Below are positions 20,481-28,578 of a DNA stretch of 64,000 bases, in pieces. The notes below the pieces were generated by a model, which had not been told where the DNA came from, searched no databases, and saw only the letters and a list, made by a program, of their open reading frames with translations. Each line of letters starts with the position of its first letter. Position 1 is the stretch's first letter. The stretch covers positions 14,816 to 78,815 of the forward strand of contig JAXFJE010000009.1 in assembly GCA_034168985.1 (NCBI GenBank), written 5' to 3'. Source of the stretch: Erysipelotrichaceae bacterium (lineage in GTDB: Bacteria; Bacillota_I; Bacilli_A; Erysipelotrichales; Erysipelotrichaceae). The position numbers and the translations under genes were made by a program.

Positions 20481-20509
20481 TTGACATTTCTAACGATAAA
20501 GCATATATT
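20481..20509 (+). promoter_or_regulatory. Sigma-A-type promoter of the TA operon
   Basis: TTGACA, 17 nt, TATATT. Confidence 0.5.
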
Positions 20510-20530
20510 ATAAGTGAAGAGGTGAATGTT

Positions 20531-20854
20531 ATGAACGTAGTTAGAACTATTTTAGAAAGTACTGTTCCAATTTCACAATTTAATCGTGGTTTAGCTGGTA
20601 AGATTTTTGATGAAGTCAAAAAATATGGAGCTAAAATTGTCATGAAAAATAATGAACCTGAGTGTGTTCTTCTATCACCAGAAGATTATATTGCTTTAAT
20701 CGATCTGGTTAATGATGCAAAACTTCTACTTTTAGCTAATGAAAGAATGGAAAAATATGATGCAAACGAACTTGTATCACATGAAGATGTTATGAAAAGA
20801 TATGGAGTTACAGCTTCTGATTTAGAAGATTGTGATGAAATTGAGTTTGAATAA
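20531..20854 (+). CDS. Type II antitoxin, Phd/YefM family
   Basis: ISQFNRGLAGKIFDEV..IVMKNNEPECVLLSPEDY is a Phd/YefM N-terminal pattern. The stop overlaps the toxin start (TAATG). Confidence 0.65.
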   Translation: MNVVRTILESTVPISQFNRGLAGKIFDEVKKYGAKIVMKNNEPECVLLSPEDYIALIDLVNDAKLLLLANERMEKYDANELVSHEDVMKRYGVTASDLEDCDEIEFE

Positions 20855-21180
20855 TGTGGGATGTTAAATATTTACCAGAGGCACTTGATGATTTAGATGA
20901 ACTTGATGGAAGTCAAAGAAAATTAGTATTAAAGTCAATTGAGAAAGTAAGAAAGAATCCATTATCACAACAAGAGGGTGCTTATGGGAAGTTACTTGGA
21001 AAAAGAGGAAATACTGATTTAACTGGATTCTTGAAAATCAAATTAAGAGTATCGGGATTAAGATTGGTATATAAAGTTATTAAGCAAGAAGATAGAATGT
21101 TGATTGTTGTGATTGGAGCTAGAGAAGACGAAGAAGTCTATTCTATAGCAGAAAAGCGCATCAAGAAGAATGATTTATAA
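20854..21180 (+). CDS. Type II toxin, RelE/ParE superfamily
   Basis: 108 aa. LRLVYKVIKQEDRMLIVVIGAREDEEVY is a RelE/StbE-type C-terminus. Confidence 0.65.
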   Translation: MWDVKYLPEALDDLDELDGSQRKLVLKSIEKVRKNPLSQQEGAYGKLLGKRGNTDLTGFLKIKLRVSGLRLVYKVIKQEDRMLIVVIGAREDEEVYSIAEKRIKKNDL

Positions 21181-21290
21181 TCTAAGTGTATTAGACTGGA
21201 ATTAAGAGGAAATTTATTTGAGTTTCCTCTTTTATTATACTTTTTAGGATAATCTTAACCTAATCAAAAAGAACCACATCATAGACAGCT

Positions 21291-21853
21291 TGGGTGCGGA
21301 CAAAAAGTTGGACCAGATATGATGTAATGGAGGAGAATATATGTCATATCCAAAAACAAGAAAAACAACAAGCATTTTCCCTTTACGATCAAACTGGTTC
21401 AATAGCTAAGGTCATCAATAAACTTGGTTATCCAACCTGACAAAATATGTATACATGGATCAAAAACAGAAATATTGAAAAAAAGAATCTGTTGATCATT
21501 CAGATACACCTGATCATAGAAGGCATCCTTCTTTAGATTTAAAATTATCAATCATTCATCGTTGCTTTGAAGAAGGAGAAGATATAAAATCAGTATCAGA
21601 AGAAACAGGTTATTCAAGAACTAGTATCTATCTCTGGAGAAGAAAATATGTTGTTGGAGGTGTGGCTGCATTGACAAGTGAATAAAAATTAGATGATTTA
21701 AAGAAAGCGATGGTAGAATATATTGATTAGTATAATAACCAAAGAATTATAGTAAAATTAAAAGGACTAACTCCTGTCCAATACAGGAATCAATCCTTAA
21801 TAACTGCTTAAATATTAATTTAATTAAGTGTCCAACAAATTGGGTTCACTTCA
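21291..21853 (+). mobile_element. Decayed, internally deleted IS3-family element
   Basis: Imperfect TG..CA ends (TGGGTGCGGACAAAAAGTTGGAC / GTCCAACAAATTGGGTTCACTTCA). OrfA-like HTH fragments (GYSRTSIYLWRRKY) carry stops and frameshifts. They are fused to the transposase C-terminal tag YNNQRIIVKLKGLTPVQYR. The element is about 0.56 kb, versus more than 1.2 kb for intact IS3 elements. Confidence 0.7.
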
Positions 21854-21890
21854 AAGTTTGGATCCTTCTTTTTTATATAGAACTGTATAA

Positions 21891-21963
21891 AGCATAAAAC
21901 TTTTTACTAGCGTATATTAGTTAGAAGTTTTATGCTTAACTTCTTGCTAGCGTGTGCTATAAT
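21891..21963 (+). promoter_or_regulatory. Promoter/operator region of the HTH-DUF3990-like operon
   Basis: Inverted repeat AGCATAAAACTT (21891-21902) / AAGTTTTATGCT (21925-21936). CTAGCGT occurs twice. Extended -10 TGcTATAAT ends at 21963. Confidence 0.4.
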
Positions 21964-21988
21964 AAAGTTGTGAGGTGATATTGAATCT

Positions 21989-22846
21989 ATGGTGAATTAT
22001 AGAATAGATGAGGATGTTAAATTAATTAGAGAGATACTTAATTTATCTCAAAAACAATTTGCTGAAAAAATAGATGTTGATGTGATTACGGTAGCAAGAT
22101 GGGAAACTGGCAAAATGGATACAAATGAAAATAATATCGAAAAAATCTATACTTTTGCATTAAATAATAATATCTTTATAAATGAGATTAAAGCACAACT
22201 TTATTATGAAGATTTAGCAAATGAGAATAAATTAGTATTATACCATGGTGCCAAGAACATTATAGAGGGTAATATTGATATTGAGCATTCAAAAAACAAT
22301 AATGATTTTGGTAAAGGATTTTACTGTGGTGAAAGTTTTGAGCAGTCATCATTATTTGTAAATGGATTTGATACATCTAGCGTTTATATATTAAGTTTTA
22401 ATCCACAAAACCTTTCTAGCATTGAATATAAAGTCAATCAAGAATGGATGTTGACAATTGCATATTTTAGAGGAAGGCTAAGTGGCTATGAAGATCATCC
22501 GATTATCAAAAAGTTAATTAACAAATTAAAAGACATAGATTATTTAGTAGCACCAATTACTGATAACAGGATGTTTAGAATTATAGATAGTTTTATTGAA
22601 GGTGAAATTACTGATGAACAATGTATACATTGTTTGGCAGCTACTAATTTAGGATTTCAATATGTTTTTAAAACAGAGAGAGCGTTGAGTCAGGTAAAAA
22701 TTGTTGAAAGATGCTATTTATGTAGTAAAGAAAAAGAAAAGTATCAAAGCAAAAGATTAGAGGATAGTAAAGTTGGAGATACTAAAATTAAAATGGCTCG
22801 AAGACAGTATAGGGGGCGAGGTCAATATATTGACGATATATTATGA
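21989..22846 (+). CDS. XRE-type HTH fused to a DUF3990-like domain
   Basis: N-terminus LSQKQFAEKIDVDVITVARWETGK is an XRE HTH. The C-terminal part has LVLYHGAKNI, DFGKGFYCGESFEQS and VAPITDNRMF, which match my recollection of DUF3990. No search was run. Confidence 0.5.
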   Translation: MVNYRIDEDVKLIREILNLSQKQFAEKIDVDVITVARWETGKMDTNENNIEKIYTFALNNNIFINEIKAQLYYEDLANENKLVLYHGAKNIIEGNIDIEHSKNNNDFGKGFYCGESFEQSSLFVNGFDTSSVYILSFNPQNLSSIEYKVNQEWMLTIAYFRGRLSGYEDHPIIKKLINKLKDIDYLVAPITDNRMFRIIDSFIEGEITDEQCIHCLAATNLGFQYVFKTERALSQVKIVERCYLCSKEKEKYQSKRLEDSKVGDTKIKMARRQYRGRGQYIDDIL

Positions 22847-23340
22847 AAAGAGAAATGGATCAATTAGGATTGTTACTATGTGATATACAAGGCAAAATTT
22901 TTGAACAATCTGTTACTAGAGAAGAATGTAGTTCAAATATATTTATCCGCCGATTTATGAATTCTAAATTTGTTTCTAGAATGGATAATTTAACATTTAT
23001 AAACGAAAGCATGACAATTGAAGAAATTTTTGAAGAACTTGATATAGAATATGGTAAAACCAGTTATGGAAAAATAAAGTTTTCAATTAATGAGATGTAT
23101 TGGATAGGGTATATTTATAGATATCTATCATATGTTTATCAAATTGATAGTAAAAATGCTTATAAGATTATAAAAGGTACAGAGCTTAGGCATTTATTCT
23201 TTGCATATCATTCCCTAGACCCAATGAATGCAATAGATAGGATCTTAGAAGCAAAATCATTAGTATTAGATAAAGATAGTGACCAATTGACTAAAGAGGG
23301 GGTAAAAATACTCAGAAGAATAAAAAGATTGAAGAATTAA
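22843..23340 (+). CDS. Hypothetical protein translationally coupled to the HTH/DUF3990-like gene (possible DUF3791-type partner)
   Basis: ATGA start/stop overlap. 165 aa with no TM helix. The family assignment is only a guess from the known DUF3990/DUF3791 pairing. Confidence 0.4.
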   Translation: MKREMDQLGLLLCDIQGKIFEQSVTREECSSNIFIRRFMNSKFVSRMDNLTFINESMTIEEIFEELDIEYGKTSYGKIKFSINEMYWIGYIYRYLSYVYQIDSKNAYKIIKGTELRHLFFAYHSLDPMNAIDRILEAKSLVLDKDSDQLTKEGVKILRRIKRLKN

Positions 23341-23448
23341 GTGTTGTATAAATTATTTTGATAACCGTTTAAGTTGTTCTGAAAAGTTTTGGGAATGTAA
23401 CAAGTAAGTGACAAAAAGACTTTAAAAGTCTTATTATATAAGGTTTTG

Positions 23449-23500
23449 GAGCTCTCAAAACGTTAATCGAAAGATTCAACAATTATCGAGAAGTATCAGG
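23449..23500 (+). repeat. rpsI 3'-end repeat, copy B (displaced, non-coding)
   Basis: GAGCTC-TCAAAACGTTAATCGAAAGATTCAACaATTATCGAGAAGTATCAGG. Relative to copy A it lacks CTCAATT and has 2 further differences. Confidence 0.8.
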
Positions 23501-23510
23501 TAACCAAATT

Positions 23511-23611
23511 CTTTAGGGGGGTTATCCGAACTCTTAGGGGTCAACTTTAGGGGTCAAAAACGGGGGACAACAAATTCTCCGAAAACAACAGGGGTTGATT
23601 TCAGGGGACAA
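23511..23611 (+). repeat. G-rich iteron-like array
   Basis: Six units built on AGGGG(T/A)CAA: CTTTAGGGGG, CTCTTAGGGGTCAA, CTTTAGGGGTCAA, ACGGGGGACAA, ACAGGGGTTGA, TCAGGGGACAA. Confidence 0.6.
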
Positions 23612-23620
23612 ACAAAATAG

Positions 23621-23671
23621 AAAAAAGCTTCTGACGCAGTTGAAATTCAACTAATAACAGAAGCTTTTTTT
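23621..23671. terminator. Bidirectional hairpin terminator
   Basis: AAAAAAGCTTCTG ... CAGAAGCTTTTTT with an inner GTTGAA/TTCAAC stem. Confidence 0.6.
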
Positions 23672-23719
23672 AATGTTGAAAGATAATACCATCTATCAAT
23701 CATTGTTCTTCTTGGATGG

Positions 23720-24025
23720 TCAGCGTTTTTTTCCAACCTTATGAATTTTACTATTAGATAATGGTACAACATTTATAGGTGCATCATTACGAATAGCCCA
23801 TAATATCCTATTCCTAGCAAATTCAAAATTGCTTATTCCGGGTGATTGTCTACGCAAAGCAGTTGGAATATTGTTGAACGATTCATAAAGATCCATTAGA
23901 TAACGTATCGCCATGAAGTTGTCATCAAGTTTTAGAAATTCGTTTTCCCATTCATAAGTATCCATGAACTTTCCAAGTTTATGGTTATAACGATGTTCAT
24001 GGTATGTCCGGTTGACTGGGTTCAC
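23720..24025 (-). CDS. Hypothetical ORF, possibly a gene fragment
   Basis: 101 aa with a GTG start and no clear RBS. Its 5' end abuts a solo copy of the IS end motif TGGGTTCACTTCAA (24016-24030). Confidence 0.25.
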   Translation of the reverse strand: MNPVNRTYHEHRYNHKLGKFMDTYEWENEFLKLDDNFMAIRYLMDLYESFNNIPTALRRQSPGISNFEFARNRILWAIRNDAPINVVPLSNSKIHKVGKKR

Positions 24026-24248
24026 TTCAAGATTATCTTGGATCTTTTTTTGTTAATGATATTTTATACCGTCTAAATAAAAAAATAAAATATAAAGCAT
24101 TTATGAATATTTTTTGAAAACCGTACATAATTTATCTATAAGTTAAAACATATTTGTTTATACTTATAGATAATAATTGATTTTATAAGGCAAAAAGTTT
24201 ATTATATCTATAAGTACAAACGTTATTGATCGTAGATGGAGATAGAAT

Positions 24249-25517
24249 ATGATTAGTCGAGATTTTTATTTAGAAGAAATTAAATCTAGTATGTGGGATG
24301 GACAAGTAAAAGTGATAACAGGTCTTAGAAGATGTGGAAAATCAGTTCTTTTATTTGAATTATTTAAAGATTATCTTATATCAACAGGAGTATCAGACGA
24401 AAATATTATTACTATTTCATTGGATCAAAGAAAATATTATAAATATCGTAATCCTATTCTTTTGTGCGATTATGTTGAATCAATCATAACAGATGATGCC
24501 AGTAAGTATTATGTGTTTATTGATGAAATTCAAATGAGCATGAAAACTGTTGACAAAGAAAATGGCGATATTGAAGTAACTGTTTATGATATGCTAAATG
24601 AATTGAAATCATATAAAAATCTAGATGTGTATGTAACAGGTTCAAATTCTAGAATGTTAGCAACTGATATCTTAACTGAATTTAGAGGGCGATCAACTCA
24701 AATTCATGTTTATCCTCTATCTTTTGAAGAATATTACTCATATAGAGGTGGAGATGAAAGAAAATGTTTAGAAGAATATATGCTTTATGGAGGAATGCCA
24801 AGGTTAACGCAATTAAAAGATGATAACGCTAAGAAAAAATATTTGTTATCACTTTATGAAGAAGTTTATATTAAAGATATTAAGGAAAGAAATGGTATAG
24901 AAAGAGAAGATATATTAGAAGAAATCCTTGATTACTTATCTTCACAAATCTCATCTTTAACAAATCCTACAAAAGTTGCAAATGCAATTTCTAATGAGAA
25001 GAAAGAAAAAATAGATAATATTCTTGTTAGTCATTATATCAAGCATTCTGTTAATGCTTTTTTGATTTTAATAGCAAAAAGATATGATATAAAAGGAAAA
25101 TCATATTTTAAATATCCGAATAAATATTATTTTACAGATGTTGGACTTAGAAATGCTAGACTTAATTTTAGACAATTTGATCCTGGCCATTTAATGGAAA
25201 ATATCATATATATTGAGTTGATCAGAAGAGGTTACGCAGTTGATGTAGGAGTTGTATATGATCGGGCAAATGGGACTACAGCTGTAAAAGAAGTAGACTT
25301 TGTGGTAAATGATGGTGATAAAAGAATATATATTCAATCAGCATTAAGAATGGATGAAGAAAAAATAAATTCTGAATTGAATTCATTGAAACTAACGAAT
25401 GACTTCTTTAAAAAAATTATCATTAGAAATGATATATCTCATAATTATTATGATAATCATGGAATTTATCATTGCAGTTTAATTGACTTCTTGCTAAACA
25501 GAGTTGAGATCTTTTAA
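24249..25517 (+). CDS. AAA ATPase with DUF4143-type C-terminal domain (second paralog)
   Basis: Walker A GLRRCGKSVL, Walker B VFIDEIQM, YVTGSNSRML. Collinear with the 18657-19844 product. Confidence 0.7.
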   Translation: MISRDFYLEEIKSSMWDGQVKVITGLRRCGKSVLLFELFKDYLISTGVSDENIITISLDQRKYYKYRNPILLCDYVESIITDDASKYYVFIDEIQMSMKTVDKENGDIEVTVYDMLNELKSYKNLDVYVTGSNSRMLATDILTEFRGRSTQIHVYPLSFEEYYSYRGGDERKCLEEYMLYGGMPRLTQLKDDNAKKKYLLSLYEEVYIKDIKERNGIEREDILEEILDYLSSQISSLTNPTKVANAISNEKKEKIDNILVSHYIKHSVNAFLILIAKRYDIKGKSYFKYPNKYYFTDVGLRNARLNFRQFDPGHLMENIIYIELIRRGYAVDVGVVYDRANGTTAVKEVDFVVNDGDKRIYIQSALRMDEEKINSELNSLKLTNDFFKKIIIRNDISHNYYDNHGIYHCSLIDFLLNRVEIF

Positions 25518-25633
25518 AACTCCTACAAAAAGCTATTCTTATTAAAGAATAGTAATATGTTGTAATAAAATGTTTTGGCAATGCAACACATATGAAACAG
25601 AACCACTCTAAAATCCTTATTTTATTGTATTTA

Positions 25634-25664
25634 GGAGTTCTCAAAACGTTAATCAATTTTATCG
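25634..25664 (+). repeat. rpsI 3'-end repeat, copy C (most degenerate)
   Basis: GGAGtTCTCAAAACGTTAATC then AATTttATCG. It matches copy B with a 12-nt internal deletion. Confidence 0.6.
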
Positions 25665-25762
25665 TCAAGAGATTACGAAGATCACTCATTTATTTGGGTG
25701 GTCTTTTTTCTTATGTTTTAATATATTTTTATAAGGGTAAAATATGGGATGCTTATAAAGCA

Positions 25763-25808
25763 TTGACAACTATCTTTGTCACGGAATATAATCTTTATGA
25801 CAAAGATA
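25763..25808 (+). promoter_or_regulatory. Promoter with flanking palindrome (probable Xre operator)
   Basis: TTGACA at 25763-25768 and TATAAT at 25787-25792. Perfect arms TATCTTTGTCA (25771-25781) / TGACAAAGATA (25798-25808) bracket the -10. Confidence 0.5.
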
Positions 25809-25850
25809 ATTGTTATAAAGTTAACTTTATTTGTCAATATCGGAGGTACT

Positions 25851-26069
25851 ATGGAACTATGTAATCGTGTGAAAGAATTTAGAGCTCGCCTTGATATCAA
25901 TCAACAAGAGCTAGGAAAAATGGTCAATGTTTCACGACAAACGATCAGTTTGATCGAAAGGGGCGACTATAACCCATCGATTTCGCTAGCTTTAAAGATT
26001 GCTAAAGTATTTAATGTATCATGTGACGAGCTATTTTATCTTAAGGAGGAAAATGAAGATGAAAAATAA
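25851..26069 (+). CDS. XRE-family transcriptional regulator
   Basis: Start MELCNRVKEFR with RBS GGAGGT. The HTH reads QQELGKMVNVSRQTISLIERGDYNPS. Confidence 0.8.
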   Translation: MELCNRVKEFRARLDINQQELGKMVNVSRQTISLIERGDYNPSISLALKIAKVFNVSCDELFYLKEENEDEK

Positions 26070-26787
26070 AACTAAATATGTATTGTTCTATGTTACATGT
26101 ATGATGATAGGGGTTGCTTTATACTTTTTAGCTTCTTTTATATCAATGCTAAACATCCAAATCGATCTATCATTTGTTGATGGTATAATGGCTATTTTTT
26201 CAATAATTTTTTCATCTGTTGCGTCATTTGTTGGAGTAGTAATGTACCATAAAGCAAGTAAAATCATAACTAATGGTATTGATGATGAAGATGATTTTAA
26301 TAAAGCTAATCAATTAACCTCAATTGCGAATGCTATGTTGCAATTATCAATGCCGATGATCATTATGGGCATTGCTTTGGTCACAAAATTTGAGGGTGAT
26401 ATTCCGCTGTCGTCTATCATTTTAAGTGGATGGTTATTGTTAGTATTGATCGCCTCGATCGTCTATCTTAAAAAAGTATTTGCTATCATTTCAAAAATAT
26501 ATCCTGAAAAAGGCTTATCATCTGATGATATTTATTTCGAGAATAAATGGTTTGGTTCATGTGATGAATCCGAACGGTTAATGATATATAAAGCTAGTAA
26601 TCAAAGCTTTAAATTCATGAATATAGCTTATTGCGTTACCATATTGGTTTGTATGCTACTTGTTAAAATACATATCATGCCTAGTATTTTAGTGATATTG
26701 ATTTCTATACTTTGGGCATTGCAAATAGCTAGCTACTTTTATAACGCTTATATGCTAGAGCATCATCCACGCAAGATAAAGGTGTAA
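26053..26787 (+). CDS. Polytopic membrane protein partnered with the Xre regulator (DUF3169-like)
   Basis: Overlaps the Xre stop. Has 5-6 predicted TM helices. The start is ATG at 26053 or 26059, after RBS AGGAGG. Confidence 0.55.
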   Translation: MKMKNKTKYVLFYVTCMMIGVALYFLASFISMLNIQIDLSFVDGIMAIFSIIFSSVASFVGVVMYHKASKIITNGIDDEDDFNKANQLTSIANAMLQLSMPMIIMGIALVTKFEGDIPLSSIILSGWLLLVLIASIVYLKKVFAIISKIYPEKGLSSDDIYFENKWFGSCDESERLMIYKASNQSFKFMNIAYCVTILVCMLLVKIHIMPSILVILISILWALQIASYFYNAYMLEHHPRKIKV

Positions 26788-27251
26788 AATGTCAATTTTC
26801 TTTACTTAGCTGTAGATACTATGGTGAGGAATATAGCTTTTATGTGCGATTCGAGCTTAATGATATAACGAAAAAAAGGATCTTAGATCCTTTTTTTGTG
26901 CATTTAAGGTGTTTAAAGAAAGTGCAGCTTTGATAGGTTGTTTTAAATTAAAAAGTTATGTTTCGTGGTTAGAAAAAATATCATTATTAGCAATTAGCTT
27001 GGCATATCTAAGTGCTTCTTTTAGGTATGCAATAAAAATTTAATGATGCAAGAATAAAGCGTTAAATTTAAGTTATCATCTAGTGATAGAAAAGACTAAT
27101 CGACATATATGATTTTGATCGATAGTATAAGGTGATAAAAATTGGACAAATTGAACTAAATGTCCTAAATAAGAACAAATCTGTCATTATGTCGAATGCA
27201 AATAATTTAAACAATTGCTATGATGTTATCACTGCAAAGGAGAAAGACCAT

Positions 27252-27917
27252 ATGGATGCTAATAACTCGCAAGAATTACAAAAATATCTCTTAGAACACC
27301 AAGATAATCTAGTGACGCACATTATTCAATTTAATCAGCTGATGAGAAAATATGAGGCTGCAATCAAAGAAATAACAACGAAGTTAGAGATATTGAAAAG
27401 TGATTTTTTAACTAATAATAATCGTAAAAGTATTGAAACCATCCAATCGCGGATCAAAAAGCCTTATAGCATTTTGCATAAATTAAATAAAAAACATGTC
27501 GATATCAATTTGGAAACGATACAAACCCAGTTAAATGATGTGGCAGGGATTAGGGTAATATGTCCATTTATTGATGATATATATTTAGTTGCGGAAAAAT
27601 TAGCCAAACAAGATGATATTACGGTTATTCAAGTGAAAGATTATATCAATGCTCCCAAAGAAAATGGTTATCGTAGTTATCATATGATCGTTGAAGTTCC
27701 TGTATTCTTTTTGAATAAAAAAGAACCGATGCGTGTAGAAATACAGCTTAGAACAGTAGCAATGGACTTTTGGGCCAGCTTAGAGCATGAAATCAAATAT
27801 AAGAAAAAGATCAAGGATGAAGAATATTTGCAAAACGAACTTAAACAATGTGCAGATAGCATCGCTCAAGCTGATCAAAAAATGTTAGAGTTGCGAAAAT
27901 ATGTGCACGGTTCTTAG
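27252..27917 (+). CDS. Small alarmone synthetase (RelA/SpoT-domain GTP pyrophosphokinase, RelQ/RelP type)
   Basis: Start at MDANN after RBS AAGGAG. DVAGIRVICPF, NGYRSYHMIV and EIQLRTVAMDFWASLEH are synthetase motifs. Confidence 0.8.
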   Translation: MDANNSQELQKYLLEHQDNLVTHIIQFNQLMRKYEAAIKEITTKLEILKSDFLTNNNRKSIETIQSRIKKPYSILHKLNKKHVDINLETIQTQLNDVAGIRVICPFIDDIYLVAEKLAKQDDITVIQVKDYINAPKENGYRSYHMIVEVPVFFLNKKEPMRVEIQLRTVAMDFWASLEHEIKYKKKIKDEEYLQNELKQCADSIAQADQKMLELRKYVHGS

Positions 27918-27924
27918 CAATTGA

Positions 27925-28485
27925 TTATTTGTTAGTAGCAATGATGGTGTTGAAAATATCACCAGAGAGCAAATCTTCTAGTATTTGGATCGCTGCTTGA
28001 GGGTCAGTTTGCATGCCGTTTTTAGCCCAATTGGCTATCACACCGGTTAAACCAAAAGCATAGAAGTTGGCAATTATTTGTATTTGGTTTGAATCTAAGA
28101 TCTTGTCGGCATGCGCATTGATTAATAAGTCTTTGACCAGATTTACATAAAAATCCATTAGGCATTCTGTAAAGCTATTTTGTCCTTGAAGATTTAAGAC
28201 CTTAATATAAAAAGCTTTATTATCTTGAAGATAATGACATAAAGATAATAAGGATGCGCTCCAGTTATCGATTGCGTGATTTTCACCTATGATCGGGGTA
28301 ATTTCAGAATAAAAGATCCAGTTTATGACATCGTACTTATCTTTAAAGTGATAATAAAAGGTATTGCGTGCAATCTCACAATAATTAATGATATCTTTGA
28401 CGGTTATTTTTTCGATGTCCATGGTTTGTACTAGGTGTTTGGTTCCTTGAGCGATCATTTGTTTGGTAAAACTAGAACTAGACAT
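27925..28485 (-). CDS. TetR-family transcriptional regulator
   Basis: ITVKDIINYCEIARNTFYYHFKDKYD is a TetR HTH. Confidence 0.8.
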   Translation of the reverse strand: MSSSSFTKQMIAQGTKHLVQTMDIEKITVKDIINYCEIARNTFYYHFKDKYDVINWIFYSEITPIIGENHAIDNWSASLLSLCHYLQDNKAFYIKVLNLQGQNSFTECLMDFYVNLVKDLLINAHADKILDSNQIQIIANFYAFGLTGVIANWAKNGMQTDPQAAIQILEDLLSGDIFNTIIATNK

Positions 28486-28578
28486 TATTTAAGTCTCCTT
28501 TTGTTTCCTATTATAGCATCTAGAATGAAGGTTGCAAGTAAGGAAAAAGATATTTATTTTTAGAAAGAAGTTGATTAA

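Noticed and set aside
23511-23611. Possible CRISPR array
   Set aside because: The units are only about 10-14 nt, the spacing is irregular (12-28 nt), there is no repeat-spacer regularity and no cas genes. I kept it as an iteron-like repeat instead.
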